DNA of 64,000 nucleotides from Octopus vulgaris (Eukaryota). The stretch covers positions 88,536,001-88,600,000 of the forward strand of contig OX597823.1 in NCBI GenBank assembly GCA_951406725.2, in the 5' to 3' direction. The notes under the pieces are model-generated. The model saw only the letters and a program-made list of their open reading frames with translations, did no database searches and was not told the DNA's origin. Of this stretch, positions 38,859 to 52,665 are shown piece after piece. The position numbers and the translations under genes were made by a program. Each line of letters starts with the position of its first letter. Within the stretch, counting starts at the first letter, position 1.

Positions 38859-39055
38859 TATAGTTACAGGTATGGCCTTGTAGATGCAGATATAGCCTTA
38901 TAGGCGCAGGTATGGCCTTATAGGTGAAAAATAGCCTTATAGGCGCGGGTAAAGCCTTATAGATGCAATATAGATTTATAGGCACAAATATGGCCTTATA
39001 GGTGCAGGTATGGCCTTATAGGCGTAGACATGGCCTTATAGACGCAGGTATGGCT
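38859..39055 (+). repeat. ~20-bp minisatellite, 10 units, continuous with a SINE head
   Basis: Consensus tataggcgcaggtatggcct. The last unit runs into ggctgtgtg of the SINE. Confidence 0.9.
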
Positions 39056-39418
39056 GTGTGATAGAAATTACCCATAGTCCCGCACAGCCGAAATCATGGG
39101 CAATTGTCTTCTATTATAGCTCCGGGTTGTCCAATACCGCGTAAATGTATTTGTTAATCAGGAACAGTGTGGAAGCCTAGTGTACGTAGACATATGTGAG
39201 CGTGTGTGTATATGTGGGTTCGTGTCGGTGTCTTTCAATCTGCTGCATGAGAGCAGATGTCAGTTTGTGTTCCTGTAACTTAGCCGTCCTGTAAAAGACA
39301 CGATAGAATATGTACCAGGCTTTAAAGTACATATTTGGGTCGATTTGTTTTGAGTAAAACAATTCAAGATGATACCGCAGTATGATCGCAGAAACGGTTG
39401 AATGATACAAGAAAAGAG
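39037..39418 (+). mobile_element. Degenerate SINE family A
   Basis: gacgcaggtatggctgtgtg..tgggcaattgtcttctattatagc..tgtaacttagc..cgatagaata..ggtcgatttg. Confidence 0.75.
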
Positions 39419-39634
39419 AAATCTTTCAAATATTTCTAATCCTTTAATGAATTATAGCTGTCAACACTCAATATTAAAAAAATAAAAAAATTAAGAATCG
39501 CAGTTTTATTACAATTTCTTAAAAAATATGTTAAAATAAATTTCTATAAATAAAACTCTCGTGTGAATTATTTTGGCAACAAATTTCTAACTTTAACTGT
39601 ATTTGATGATTTGCCGTCTACAATATAAAAAGAC

Positions 39635-39704
39635 TTCACACAACAAGTGGTTACAATTCCTAGTTATCACCCGGAAGGCTCGGGTTCGATACCTGGAATG
39701 GGAA
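39635..39704 (+). pseudogene. tRNA-Glu(TTC)-derived pseudogene
   Basis: agtggttacaattcctagttatcacccggaaggctcgggttcgatacctggaatgggaa aligns gap-free with recalled metazoan tRNA-Glu-TTC (agcggttaggattcctggttttcacccaggcggcccgggttcgactcccggtatgggaa). The 5' acceptor strand is decayed and the anticodon reads ATC. Confidence 0.7.
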
Positions 39705-39729
39705 GGCATGTTTCTGTGGTAACAATTTT

Positions 39730-39972
39730 TCATCTCAACAACACGGTTCTGAGTTCAGTCTCATTGCGTGGTACCTGGGACAAGTGGATGTGTCCCGCCA
39801 CCGCCTGACAACATATTTTGCAGTGTTTACATCCCTTTGGCTTCACAGTTCTGCAAATGAGACCGATAAGATAAATAGAGGTAAGTACCGGTGTCGATCC
39901 ATTCGACTCATTCACTTCAAGGCGTTGCTCCAGTATGGTCGCAGTCTAAAGAGTGAAACCAGTAAAAGAAGC
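39730..39972 (+). mobile_element. Internally deleted SINE family A
   Basis: ggttctgagttcagtctcattgcgtggtacctgggacaagtg is joined to the 3' half ..ggcgttgctccagtatggtcgcagtc..gaaaccagtaaaaga. Confidence 0.75.
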
Positions 39973-40943
39973 TAAAGGTTAAAAAACACAGAGCCAGGTA
40001 CTAAGTACTAGTATTGTAAAGGTATTCCTCTCAAAATGTTTGAAAGATTCATCGGCTCCTTAAATGTTACCAAGAAGAGTGAAAGATGATACAAATCAAA
40101 TTATTGGAATTACTTATTCAATTACAAAACGATTTAGAGGGGGGAAAAGGCCACGTGAAAAGGCTAAACCTGACTGGAAAGAATCAATAAACTAATTTGG
40201 ATATATCTTAATATTTACTTCCGTTTGCTCGATGTCAATTATCCAAAACATCTCTGTTGTTATTTACCAAATGACGAGAGTAGTGGAAACTTGGGTTGGA
40301 CTAACAATGACATCTGTGTGTGTGTGTGTGTGTAGGTCTTGCCTGATCATCGCAATGTCGAACCACGAGTCACGAGATCAGCATTCAATTGCGAAAAAAG
40401 ATATATAATCTAAAATATTTACTGAGACACAATTCAAGACACGTGCATATATATGTATATATACGTATATGAATGTATATATGTATGTATGTGTGTGTCT
40501 GTCTGTCTGTGTGTGTATGGCTTATTGAAACACTACATATCTCGTGACTCGTGTTTCATAGTATAGACGTACAAAGACAGTGAATAATAGAGATGAGGTT
40601 TCTTTTGTCTATAGTGCATCGAAATCAGCATTGAAGATAACTCACTGTCAAATTCATAAATATATCATTTAATCTCGCGTAGTGAGATCTTTTTCAGTTA
40701 ATCTTTCTTGCATTTTATACGATAAAAGTAACCTAACCTATATGACTGTATATATAGTTATGCCATTATCAAATATCTATATAAAAACATTTACAAAACG
40801 CTTCGTTGAAATTTCGCTTCGGAAAATACACAATGCACGCACACAAGCACAAACACACATAGATAGATATGTATGTATCTATACGTGTATGTACATGTGT
40901 ATATGCGTGCATATATATATATATATAGATATATATATACGCC

Positions 40944-41122
40944 ATGATAGATCGTTAGCCGCTACACACGTTTTTTTCCCTCCTTGTTTTCTGTGTACCT
41001 TTCTGTAGAAAAGCTTAGGCTCGAAACGTAAAATACATTTTCTATTCCTGAGCGTTATACTAATACATCTGTTTGTTTTGTACACCACCTATCTTCGTCT
41101 TTTGTCTTTTTTCGTAAACTCT
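40944..41122 (+). mobile_element. Dispersed repeat (probable Penelope-like pLTR) with hammerhead-like motif
   Basis: Homolog of 21146-21348. 40998-41035 reads CCTTT CTGTAGA A AAGC TTAG GCTC GAAA CG TA AAATA. Confidence 0.65.
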
Positions 41123-42740
41123 AACCTATATATGCATATATGTGGTAGGATTACTAGAATAGAGAATGCGATGCAGAATAAATCATAAGAAGCAATATAA
41201 CAGAAATGAATCTATAGTAGGAGAAAGACAGATTAAAGTGGACAAAAGGTGTAATTAGAAGAATATATTGCATGCAAACAAAGTCGGACATCGCTATTGG
41301 TCACGCCATGTCCGCTGAAATATGAGAGTCTGACATGACTTAGATTCACACTTACTGATAAGGATGATTATTTCTATCAGACTTTAATAAGAAAATAAGA
41401 AATATAAAATCAATTTCGCTCTCAACTATCGGACTATCATTTGTAGATATGTATGTAGTAGGATCTTTTTATGTATGTAGGTAGGTATGTATGTAAGAAT
41501 GTATCGAAAGATACACACGAATACATGTATCTTTACTAAATACATAGATAGGTGTCTAGATAGATACATAAATACATACATGCATAAAAAGATATAAATA
41601 CGCACGCACATATAATATGTGTGTGTGTGTGTGTATGTGTGTGTATTTGTTTATTGATGAGAAGAAAAAGAAACGGAGAATTTGAGACATAGATATCGAT
41701 TTCTTAGAACATATTTAATTCCAAACAAAACAAACTCATAGCACCTACAATTGTTTCCATTCCCAATTTGAGAAATTAAATTAAATTTTGCTATTCAATA
41801 TAGCTAATTGGGGATTTTGTCAAAGGAAGAATTTGATTGAAAGGAGCTACATTCTAATGTCTTGGTAGACCCTCGTTAGACTCATATGTGCGTTTTCGCA
41901 CCCAATGTATTTATAAACCTTTACTTATATGTATAAGCATATAAGTATATGTATAAGCAAATTTTTCTTATACATAAACAATAATCTACTCAAAACCATC
42001 AATGCGAATCTAACATGTTTGGTTTTTCTCTAATACACTGGATATTATGGGGAAACGTGGATGGTGACATCCTTTTAAGGGAATTAATATCTTTGATTTA
42101 ATTATATATATGTATATGTACATAATAAATGGAATGGAGAAAGTTCAAATCAGGAAAAAACTCAATGAACAGATACGTATACGCCGTTTCAGGCGTTCAG
42201 TCCTCCGAGCAAAAAATGAATCTTAAAATTCATTTTCAGAAAACATCTCCTTTATCAGGGAAAAAGTGATGTTTACTGTAGAAATATGTTAAGTTCGTTG
42301 GTAAGGTAAGAAACAGCTGTAGGAATACTTTTTATTAATATGTAACGTAAAATATTTTTTCGTCTCCTCTTCGCTATATATCATGTTCCATTTTTAACAA
42401 AACGTTTTTATCTACAATCATATACTTCATTATATTATTACTGTTCGTACATTCATATATTTATATGTCCATATATATTTTAATATTCATATATTCTTAT
42501 ATGTATTTTTAATATATCAACAACTTTTGGGACAACTTTTATCTTAATGAAATCCATATACATCTGTGTTCATTGTGGTTTACTGATTTCAACTTTCTCC
42601 ATTCCATGTATTATAATTGTCGGACGTCTTAGGCTCGACTTGAGTAATTCTATGCAGTCTGTATCTTTCATAAGATAACTATAACTATAAATATACAGAC
42701 ACGCATATTTATATATAGATGTGTGTGTGTGTGTGTGTAT

Positions 42741-42985
42741 ACTAGCTTGGCGCACGGCATAAGGTGAAAAAATCAGTAGGTGTATAACTGTTTCGAGCAT
42801 AGGTTTTCGCCTGGAAGAGTTGGAGGAATTTTAAAAAAATCAAAAAGCACATGTATGGTTACATGGCTGAAGTGACTGGAAGTGGATATATGTGTGTGGA
42901 ATATATTTATGGACCACCATATTAGATTGGCGATAACAGTTAATATCCAGTACCGCTGCCACAGTCTCCTTTAGAGAAACTTAGA
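42741..42985 (-). mobile_element. Possible non-autonomous Helitron-like element
   Basis: Minus strand begins TCTAAG and ends in GC-rich ..gccgtgcgccaagCTAGT, between microsatellites. The subterminal hairpin is poor. Confidence 0.3.
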
Positions 42986-43037
<52 letters not shown>

Positions 43038-43039
43038 TA

Positions 43040-43292
43040 TATATACATATAAAATTAGAAAAAAAAACACTTTTTATCAATTCAAAATGAACAATTCAAT
43101 TACACCATCTAGAAAATTACATATAATAGAAACATTTAAATTAAAATGACAACAAAATGTCAAAGATTAAGTAAATTGCAAAAAAATAATAATAAAAACG
43201 TACATAATAGGTAGAAAACCTATTATATACGTTTTTATTATTTTTTTGCAATTGATAAAAGGTGTTTCTTTTCTAATTTTTTATATATATAT
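43040..43292. repeat. Nested inverted repeats (fold-back), possible Penelope-like terminus
   Basis: Inner hairpin ~43174-43254 (aattgcaaaaaaataat..aaaaacgtacataataggt / acctattatatacgtttttattatttttttgcaatt). Outer pair aaaattagaaaa..acactttttatcaatt / aattgataaaaggtgtt..ttttctaatttt. Confidence 0.7.
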
Positions 43293-43381
43293 TATATTGT
43301 GTGAGATTTGATTTAGTATTTCTAAATTGAATTTTTTTCCTTGTAAGTTCGGATTTCATTCCCTCAAATTATAATAATTAA

Positions 43382-43438
<57 letters not shown>

Positions 43439-44009
43439 CTTCTATGAAAATAGATATCGCAGCAAACTGTCATTGAAAAGCGAGAAACAAGTAGCGATAC
43501 AGTGAAGTGTGGATCATCAATGAGAGAATATACTTTTACAAAAACTGTACAGAAGAGCCTTTTCTGTTTTAATCTCTATGTCTTGTAAATACCGTCTCTA
43601 TATATATGTGTGTGTATGCGTGTTTGCGATTGTATATGCATGTGCATTTGTGCCTATGTATGTTCATATGTGTAATAACGTATAGGCAGTTACAAAGAGC
43701 GTTAACTTAAAATCGCTATCTGTGTGTCTTACGTCTTATTAAATGTATACAAACCATTAGCATACGTGAGGCTGTGGAATTGTCTGAGACAGAATCTGTT
43801 CAAAGACTCGCTGTGCTAAGAGCACAATGTACAGTCGACAGTGTATATATGACAACATTCTGCGTGACATTGACAAGCCTCAGGAAAAGCTGAATGCGTC
43901 CATCATTCTCATGGGTTACTGCATCGCCGCTGTTCGTCTGAATCCGATGTATATTCTGTTTTGAACACGACTATCTCAGACTATTCAACAATATCAAGCC
44001 ATATTTACA

Positions 44010-44270
44010 GACAGATAGATGCATACATACATACAAACATACATATATATAGATACATACATACATACATACAGGCCAGGCATACATATATATATATGTG
44101 TATATACATACATACATGTCTACATACATATATGCATATGTATGTACATACAAACAGGTCTACATATATATATATATGCATACATACAGGCATACATACA
44201 TACTCATATATATATGTATACACATACATACATATACATACATACATACATACATACATACATACATACA

Positions 44271-44302
<32 letters not shown>

Positions 44303-44326
44303 CATACATATGTATATACATATATA
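44010..44326. repeat. Degenerate (ACAT)n microsatellite
   Basis: Direct observation. Confidence 0.93.
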
Positions 44327-44689
44327 CCTTTTTAACACTTATTAAGTGTTTGAGTATGCAGAGCAAGCAAATGCACAAGATTAGTCTTTCATTTGATTAA
44401 ATATTCTGATATTCTGTACGTAAAAAATCGCGTGTCAAATGATATATCGCAAGAAACATCGCATACATCACGACAAATGCGTTAGAATTTACAAACATTT
44501 AATAACGAGGAACGTTCAGAAGATGACCTACATGTCACTGACACTTTTAGCTGTTACAGCAGGAACGGAATATCGACGGGACATTAAAGCTAAAACGGAT
44601 AGAATTGTATCTGATGCAAGGTTCAGGGAATTAATGAAAATATTTTGATAATGGTAAATACACTGGGACTGTATTAGAATTATATGTTG

Positions 44690-44701
44690 AGGAGACAAAC
44701 T

Positions 44702-44737
<36 letters not shown>

Positions 44738-44887
44738 CGACGGACTCCTTTCAGTTTCCGTCTACCAAATCCCCTCATGGCTTTGGTCGGTCCGAGCCTA
44801 TAGTAGAATACACTTGCCCAAGGTGCCACGCAGTGGGACTGAACCCGGAACAATGTGGTTGATAAACAAGCTACTTACTACAAGGCC
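44690..44887 (-). mobile_element. SINE family A, 5' half
   Basis: cgacggactcctttcagtttccgtctaccaaatcc..cacttgcccaaggtgccacgcagtgggactgaacccggaac. Confidence 0.88.
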
Positions 44888-45502
44888 AAATAAATTATTA
44901 TTTGCTGAGAGGGTTAAATTCTTGTAACATCATCAGAAACAGAAATAATTTTGTTCAAGGTTACACATAAAGATTATGTGATTTAGCTAGTTTGATTGAA
45001 ATGGTTTAAAATATGAAGTGAAAGATGGTGAGCAGGCAACGGTTCGCGTGTCATTTCGGATGTATTGGATTAACTGCAATGACACCACAATATACATGAC
45101 AGTGGCGACCCAGATTTAGGCAGAAATCACAACGCGAGTAGAAAGGATGGGGTGTAGGATATAATGATGAGGAAGAAAATGTGGAAGTGGAGAAGGAACA
45201 ACGAATAAGGAAAAGGAGAGGAGGAAGAAAAGGAAGAGTGAGGAAGATGACAATGAAGAGCAAGATGAAGTGGAGCAGAAGGTGAAAGGAGAGAAGGATG
45301 GTGCTGACGTCGAAAAAGATGTGGTAGTCGGGTACAGCAGGAAGTTATGGATGGAGACAGATCTGGAAGAACGCTGATTTTTTTCAAATGTAGTTGAATA
45401 CTAAATAGGAGTTTTAGCATAAATTCATTTAGTAGTGTGTTAAAGAGAGAAATGGACACGAGAGACGTTTATAGCGATTTTTAGTTATGCATCGTTATAT
45501 GT

Positions 45503-45860
45503 GGCACTCCGTCGGTTACGACGACGAGGGTCTCAGTTGATCCGATGAACGGAACGGCCTGCTCGTGAAATTAATGTGCAAGTGGCTGAGCACTCCACAG
45601 ACACGTGAACCCCTAAACTTAGTTCTCAGGGAGATTCAGCGTGACACTGAGGGTGACAAGGCTTGCCCTTTGAAACACAGGCACAACAGAAACAGGAAGG
45701 AAGGGAGAGAAGGTTCAGGCGAAAGAGTACAGCAGGGTTCACCCACCCCCTACGGAGCCTCGTGGGGTTTTAGGTGACTTGCTCAATAAACACTCACAAC
45801 TCCCGCTCTGGAAATCGATACCGTGAGGCCGCTACCCTAACTAGTGAGACATTGCGCCTC
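45503..45860 (-). mobile_element. tRNA-derived SINE, family C (resembles octopus OK/OR-type SINEs from recall)
   Basis: Minus strand gaggcgcaatg..ttagggtagcgg..gtgagtgtttattgagc..tgtggagtgctcagccacttgcacattaatttcacgagcagg..ccctcgtcgtcgtaaccgacggagtgcc. Confidence 0.85.
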
Positions 45861-46274
45861 GGCCTTGCTATAAATATAATACTATATTTATAATACGTTT
45901 AAATATTTGTTGTGCAAGATTTTATTGGCTAAACTGGCAAAATGACCATTCCGAAATATAATACTATATTTATAATGTAATGTGGAAAACACTTAGAACC
46001 AGATATTTTTAGTTATTCATTCGTATGTGTAGATATCTATACATGTGCCAATAAATATATATATAAATGCATATATGTATAGGTATTCTTTTACACTTTT
46101 ATTCATATATTGTTTCAGCCATTTGATTGCGGCCATGCTGGAGCACCGCCATAAAATATACATATATATTCACACACACAAACAACTTGCATGTGAATGG
46201 AAATGTCAGTATATAGAGATAGATATATCTGTGAGGGAGAGCGAAGATGTATAATGCATGCATGTTTGTCTTTA

Positions 46275-46278
<4 letters not shown>

Positions 46279-46341
<63 letters not shown>

Positions 46342-46484
46342 GTATGTATACATATATATATGTATATACACACATACATACATACATACATACATGCATG
46401 CATGCATGCATGCATACATACATACATACATACATACATACATACATACATACATACATACATACATACATACATACATTCATA
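46279..46484. repeat. (TA)n/(TATG)n/(CATA)n microsatellite
   Basis: Direct observation. Confidence 0.95.
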
Positions 46485-46864
46485 CTGACCTTTTGAGTGA
46501 GGTCGTTCTCAAAATTTCGTGACCGTAGGACACGCTCATCTCATCAAACCATCTGATTAGGTGGACGTGACCTTGCATTAGACAGACATTAATTAGCGTC
46601 TAATTAGGCAAAACTAAAACCAATTTGCAAGATGTTATAGTCTTCTACGATCTACGTCTGCCTAAATTCCGAGAAATGGTTTGAGTTTAGGTAAGTCCAC
46701 GTACTCAATGCGCCACGCGTTGAGATTGAACAACAATCCGCTTTATTTCATGTGTTTGTACATATGGATACATGGACTCTCATGAATAAATATATCAGGA
46801 TATGTACATGTTTGTATGTATGTGTGCGTGTTTTATATATGTATATATGTGTTTCATGTGCTTC

Positions 46865-46934
<70 letters not shown>

Positions 46935-48197
46935 TTATTTATCAATAATTTTGTATTTAAATAATCATCAATTTATTTGATATTATACAATTTTCAAAAC
47001 GATCAAATGCAATCAAATATACATTCCCGCCCATCTCGTTCACTATAACGATGGCCTATTCACAGTGTTCAAAATATCAGCATCGAAATCTATGTTGCTA
47101 TTGATGATGTAGCGAATGAAGAGATGCGGTGGCGTGGAGAACTAAAGATGCATGGCATGTTTCTAAGTAAATAACTCACTCAGGTCAAAGATATTCACGT
47201 TCATCGACCAGCAATAACTCTCCTTGAATATTATTGATTGTGTTCCATTTCTATTGACGGTCGACTGGTGTGCCTCTTATAGAGTAAACGTTATACTGTT
47301 ATGTGTAGTGGCAGCATCGGCAGAGCAAGACGATTTTGATATCCAGTTGGAACAGTCACTTCGCTCATTGCATTAATGCTTCTGAAAACAAAGTATGGAG
47401 TTTATAACTTTTCTATTTCTTTTTCCTTTCGATTATACAGACATTGCTGTTGGTTTATGCAAGATGTGATTGCTAATATTAATACTATATTATGCACTGG
47501 GAATGGTAGAAGAAGACTGGCACTTCAGAAAATGCATTGTAGCATTTATTTACAGACTTGAAGATTAACCGTCTTATGGCGAGTAACTTTCAAAGTACAC
47601 TTTCACCACGATGGGCAGTATCAGACATTATGGTATGCATACAATGGTTATAATTCAAATCTTATCAAATTTTTTGGCACGTATACAAAGGAAAAAAACG
47701 AATGCTTATTTTCTAAAACAGAAAGCATTTAAAATAGAGTTGAATAAAACAAAACGAAGATACGCATGTTCATTATTAATATATTCTGTCAAATTCAAAC
47801 GCTTCTATACAATGTGTTGCTATATTTTGTCTACGGAAGGCAATTTCTAATTTCTCACTTGTACTCTCTCCTACTACTACCCCCATTACCCCTTTAATTT
47901 TATGATTTTTTTGCTCTCTGCGTGTGTATGCGCGTGTGTGTGTGTCTGTGTGTGTGCGTGTATGCACTTCCCATTGCGTGCAACCAGGCCAATTCAAATA
48001 TAACGAGAATTAAGCTTATCTTTCCTCCCAACTGTAAGTAAATGTAACAGTCAAGAATAATCACCATGTCATCTCTTTCAAATCTCTCTCTTTAAAATCA
48101 CTTTCACTTTTTTGATTTTCAGTGCGCATTTTCGCTTTTTTTTTTTGCTTCTTACTTTCCTCCTACACACACACACACATATACATACACACATACA

Positions 48198-48233
<36 letters not shown>

Positions 48234-49055
48234 TATATGACTGCATATATATAAACCGCGTAGTTGCAAGACGAGCTTGTTAACCACATAGCTACGCCTG
48301 CAACTAAAACGGTGACGTTGCAGTATCGAAAGAGCATCGCACGAAAATACCCTGTTTCGCTAAGGTGATTCTGAATAAAAATTTTGCCGAAGACAAATTT
48401 CCGTTTCCCCCTTCTTGGGTCGCTGAAATGAATACCAGTCTAATAACAGGGTCGTTTAAATCGATTGAGTCAACGCACGCCCCCCACCTGCGTCTAAATA
48501 TTTTAAAACATGGCGCCTGTATGAAAAAAATCATTATTATGATTTTGTTTGGGAAGAAAAAAAGAAAAGCAAAACGAAACTGATACACACCGGAATTCCG
48601 GTCTGTGTTGCGTAAAGTTAATAAAACAAGCCGCGGTTCGAAAACAATATTCGATAATAAATAAATGAATAAATAAATAAATATAACGCATTAAAGTAAA
48701 TCAATCTTTTAGCAGATTGTAAAAAGATGAAAAAGAAACAATATTGAAGAAAAGAACATATTAAAAAATTGTAAAATAATTCCAGGAATATTATGAGACA
48801 ATTTCAAAAGCTGTCTTGAGGAAGCGATAAACACGTTTATGGTCTTGTAAATGAATAGTTAAAAGTGAAATTAATCATTTAAGAGGGTGATGATTAGAGT
48901 TGCCTGGTTTGATTTTTACATTAAAAATGCTGTTTTAATTAGGCAATATCTTTGTTCCTTAGCCGAAAGAGGAAATTGGTGTAGAGAAATAACTCTATCT
49001 CACACTTCGTTCTATCGAGTGAGCTAGCGGAGTGATAATATTCAGACACCTTCAA

Positions 49056-49135
49056 ACAGCAGCAGCAGCAGTAGCAACAGCAATGTTAGTGGCGCTGGTG
49101 GTGAAAATAAAACTAATGACACTACTACTACTACC

Positions 49136-49173
<38 letters not shown>

Positions 49174-49295
49174 TAATAATAATAATATTTATAATAATAA
49201 TAACAATAATGATAATGATAATAATAACAATAATAATAATAATATTTATAATAATAATACTAACAATAATAACAATGATAATGACAATAATAATA
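49056..49295. repeat. (AGC)/(ACT)/(AAT)n trinucleotide repeats
   Basis: Explains the poly-A/L/I ORFs. Confidence 0.93.
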
Positions 49296-49517
49296 CAAAA
49301 AGGCCTTATCCGTTCAAGTCTGCCATTGATATATGCAGTCAACTAAGAAAATGTTTTGTAGCTTTTCATGTGTATGTATATTTGCACTATTTATGTTAGA
49401 GTTCATGTTTTCATAAATATTAAATTTAAGATAAAAATACATACACACACATGTACACAGACACCCATAAGCACACACAAATCCGCTCACACAAATACGC
49501 AGATAAGGATGTGTGAC

Positions 49518-49556
<39 letters not shown>

Positions 49557-52020
49557 TTATATGTTTCTATTAGTAAATAGTTCTGCATTTGTATGCATAA
49601 TATATATTCATAAATGCACAAATACCCATAGAGAGACTTCAACACACAAAAATACATCCGCATAATAATTCAATTCCGTGTCTGCTAAAATTACTAAACA
49701 TATTCAGAATAAATATCAATACTGATAGACATATGTCACATGAGTTAAACGATTGGCAGAGCAGACAAAACACTTGTATGGTTCAGTCAAGAGGAGAAAG
49801 ATCAATAACATCGATGCTACTCAGTGTTAAACTGTTTTCTATGTGCCATAAAGCAAAAATGCAAGCTGATAGATAACCTAGATAACGACGTGTTGTACAA
49901 TATCTGGTCGAACCTGCTTCACGTTACGTATCCTTTTGATGTCTCTACCCGACTGATTATCATCAAAAGAGCTGATTTGATTTATGCCCTGCGAATACAG
50001 AGCTTTGTTTTGCTTTCAGGAATGTAGAATCCATTATTTTATAGGCCGTCATTATGTGATATGTGCTTCCGTAACTGTAGGAAACTTCATAGTGATTTCC
50101 TAATTTCGACGTATTATTTCTAAAGTATTATCAGAGTATTTGTGGTTAAATGAAAATGCTTTAACAACGTCTGACTATTTCCATCAGCACACGTATTAAA
50201 TTATTCCTGTTGTTGTTGCTCTATAGCTTTAGGTCTATTATCTATAGCTTTAGGTCTCTCTCATTGAACAGGCTTTTGATCACAGACATAAAATCTGTGA
50301 TCATTCATCTTAATGTCAGAGTTTGTCCCACTATAACTACATATTTGAGATTTGTAAAAGGTTTGCTATTATTTTTAGCAGGCAAAACCACATATAGGTT
50401 ACTGTTTTGGGTTAATTTAACTTCAATAATTAAAACGCTATTTCTGCCCAGAATATGAAGAAAACACTTCAAGAGTGCGACATAGGTCTTTTGAATGTGC
50501 AATTTAAAAAAAAATCTAAGTCACTTAAGAAAGCATACAAGTACATTTTAGAGACAGAGACATTACTCTTTTTATTCTTTAACTTGTTTCAGGGAATGAA
50601 TTGCGACAATGCTGGAGCACCACATCGACGATTTACTTGTCGATGCAAATCTCAGTTACTTACTCAAGGTATGCTGAGATTATATAGTTCATAATGACGT
50701 ATTTGCTATATGACGTAACACACCTTTCGTTATTTCCTGAAAATGTTTCCAGTAGCCATCAACGGATGATGTGAAAAACGAGAGCATTGGCGAGGCGAAT
50801 TACAAAATCTATAGAATATTGGAAAACATACGTCGCTGTACCACTTATAACACTGTAGGACGTGGGTTCAATTCCAAGGTTCTACATATTTTGTCTTTCG
50901 TCCTTGGCGGTCAATAAAATAAGAAATCTGCTACAAATTGCTGGTATCGATTAATGTATCTCCCTTCAAAACAAATCTATCGGTCTAGTGCCTAATTTCT
51001 TTTATATAGATTTTGTCCCATGTAATGTCCGTTTTTAATCATGCATTAGTGAAATATATTGCAGAATAGTGACAAGATTGTCTTCAATCCAAAATGGATT
51101 GGGGATAAAAAAAAAGCAACTAGTATAAGGAAAAACATTAAAAGATGAATGAATCATTAGCTTCCTTTAGCCAAAGTCAAGTTGCATTAATTGTCTGGTA
51201 AAGACTTTATTATTCCAAAGTGGCTAAATTGTAGAAGCGAGTGAACGCGAATAAGATCCCTGAATCGTAGTTACCCTTGGTTCTCTCGGTTTGAGTTAAA
51301 ATACTGCCAAAGATGAATTTACCGCTTACATCAAATCTCCGGAGTCCATAAATTAGGTACAAATGACTGTGCGGGCTTCTACATATTACCCAAATTAATT
51401 TTAAGAAAAAAAAAACAGTAACCGAATACTCACATACAAACACACACAAACTCGTACACACACGCATGCACACACACACACACACACACTCATTTAAATT
51501 ACACCTATATACTTATATTTAAACCACTGGATTGCTTTCTAAAAACGGAAGGAGAAATGCTATACTAAAAAATATGAGATATTCAATGCTTACAATATAT
51601 TTCTGCTAAAGTATGTCCAACCGTAGTTTACCTGGACCTACAAAAAAATCACAAGTATATTTGTACCATTAATGGGCTGGCTTAGAGTTTATACACTATT
51701 CTCTATCTACACGTATTCGGTGGTGTGCCAAATGCAAAATCGAAATATAGAAGAAGTTTGTGCTAAAAACAGAATGACGGAAAAAACGTTATCCTGCTGC
51801 GGCGGCCATTGCGTTACTCATTCCCATTAATATAAAATAAATACATGATGCATATTTACTTTATAAAAATATAAATTACATGAAACAGCATGTTTATTTT
51901 GCAAACATTCACTTAGAAATATCATACTGTAATCCCTTGTTGAGTAATTCTCTTCACACGGTCCACGCCTCATATAGACTCGAATGCAATATTCTTTCTC
52001 ACTCTCTCACATTCCTTTGT

Positions 52021-52022
<2 letters not shown>

Positions 52023-52077
<55 letters not shown>
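52023..52077. repeat. (CT)n microsatellite
   Basis: Direct observation. Confidence 0.97.
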
Positions 52078-52080
<3 letters not shown>

Positions 52081-52665
52081 GTTTTCTTCCTCGTATGATA
52101 TTCATCTTTTGCTACTAATTATGTTTCTCTGTGACAAATAATCGTACACAGAAGCGTGGATACAGCAGGAATCATAAGCACATAAATGCGGATATTGTCA
52201 TATTGACATCAAGAAATACTGTCACACATTCAGAAGTATATAAATCTTAAAAAAAACATGCTTTGCAGACATACACCTCCCAATAATATTTCACCAGGTA
52301 TAATATTCATAGTTGTTCTAGATTATCTTTTGTCCGGATACCATAGAACAAAATCGTCCAAATATGATCATAAAGCAATTATATATTATTTCGGTATACA
52401 TCAGTTAAGATTATGCTAACTGGTGTTACTTACCTATTAAAGAAGCAAAACGTAGAGTGAACTGAAGATTCTGCTACGATATGAAGCAGGTCGTGCGAGG
52501 TGAATGCCTCGTTACCTTATCGTTAAATATTACTGTTGTATCTAAGGTAATAAATACCTGTCAGAAGACGGTACTGTAATTCAGTGAGAATCTTTATCAC
52601 AAAAACGTTACAGGTGGTTTCCATTTTTTTACTTTCATCTTTTCACTCTATTACCTATCAATAAA

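Noticed and set aside
38859-39055. Possible CRISPR-like array
   Set aside because: Units are contiguous with no spacers, there are no cas genes, and the context is eukaryotic and SINE-derived.
45150-45380. Acidic reading frame EEDDNEEQDEVEQK
   Set aside because: Looks like an eroded (GAN)n purine repeat; the frame is broken and no splice signals were identified.
46490-46750. gaggtcgttctcaaaatttc resembling a mariner TIR
   Set aside because: No partner TIR, TA duplication or transposase sequence found.
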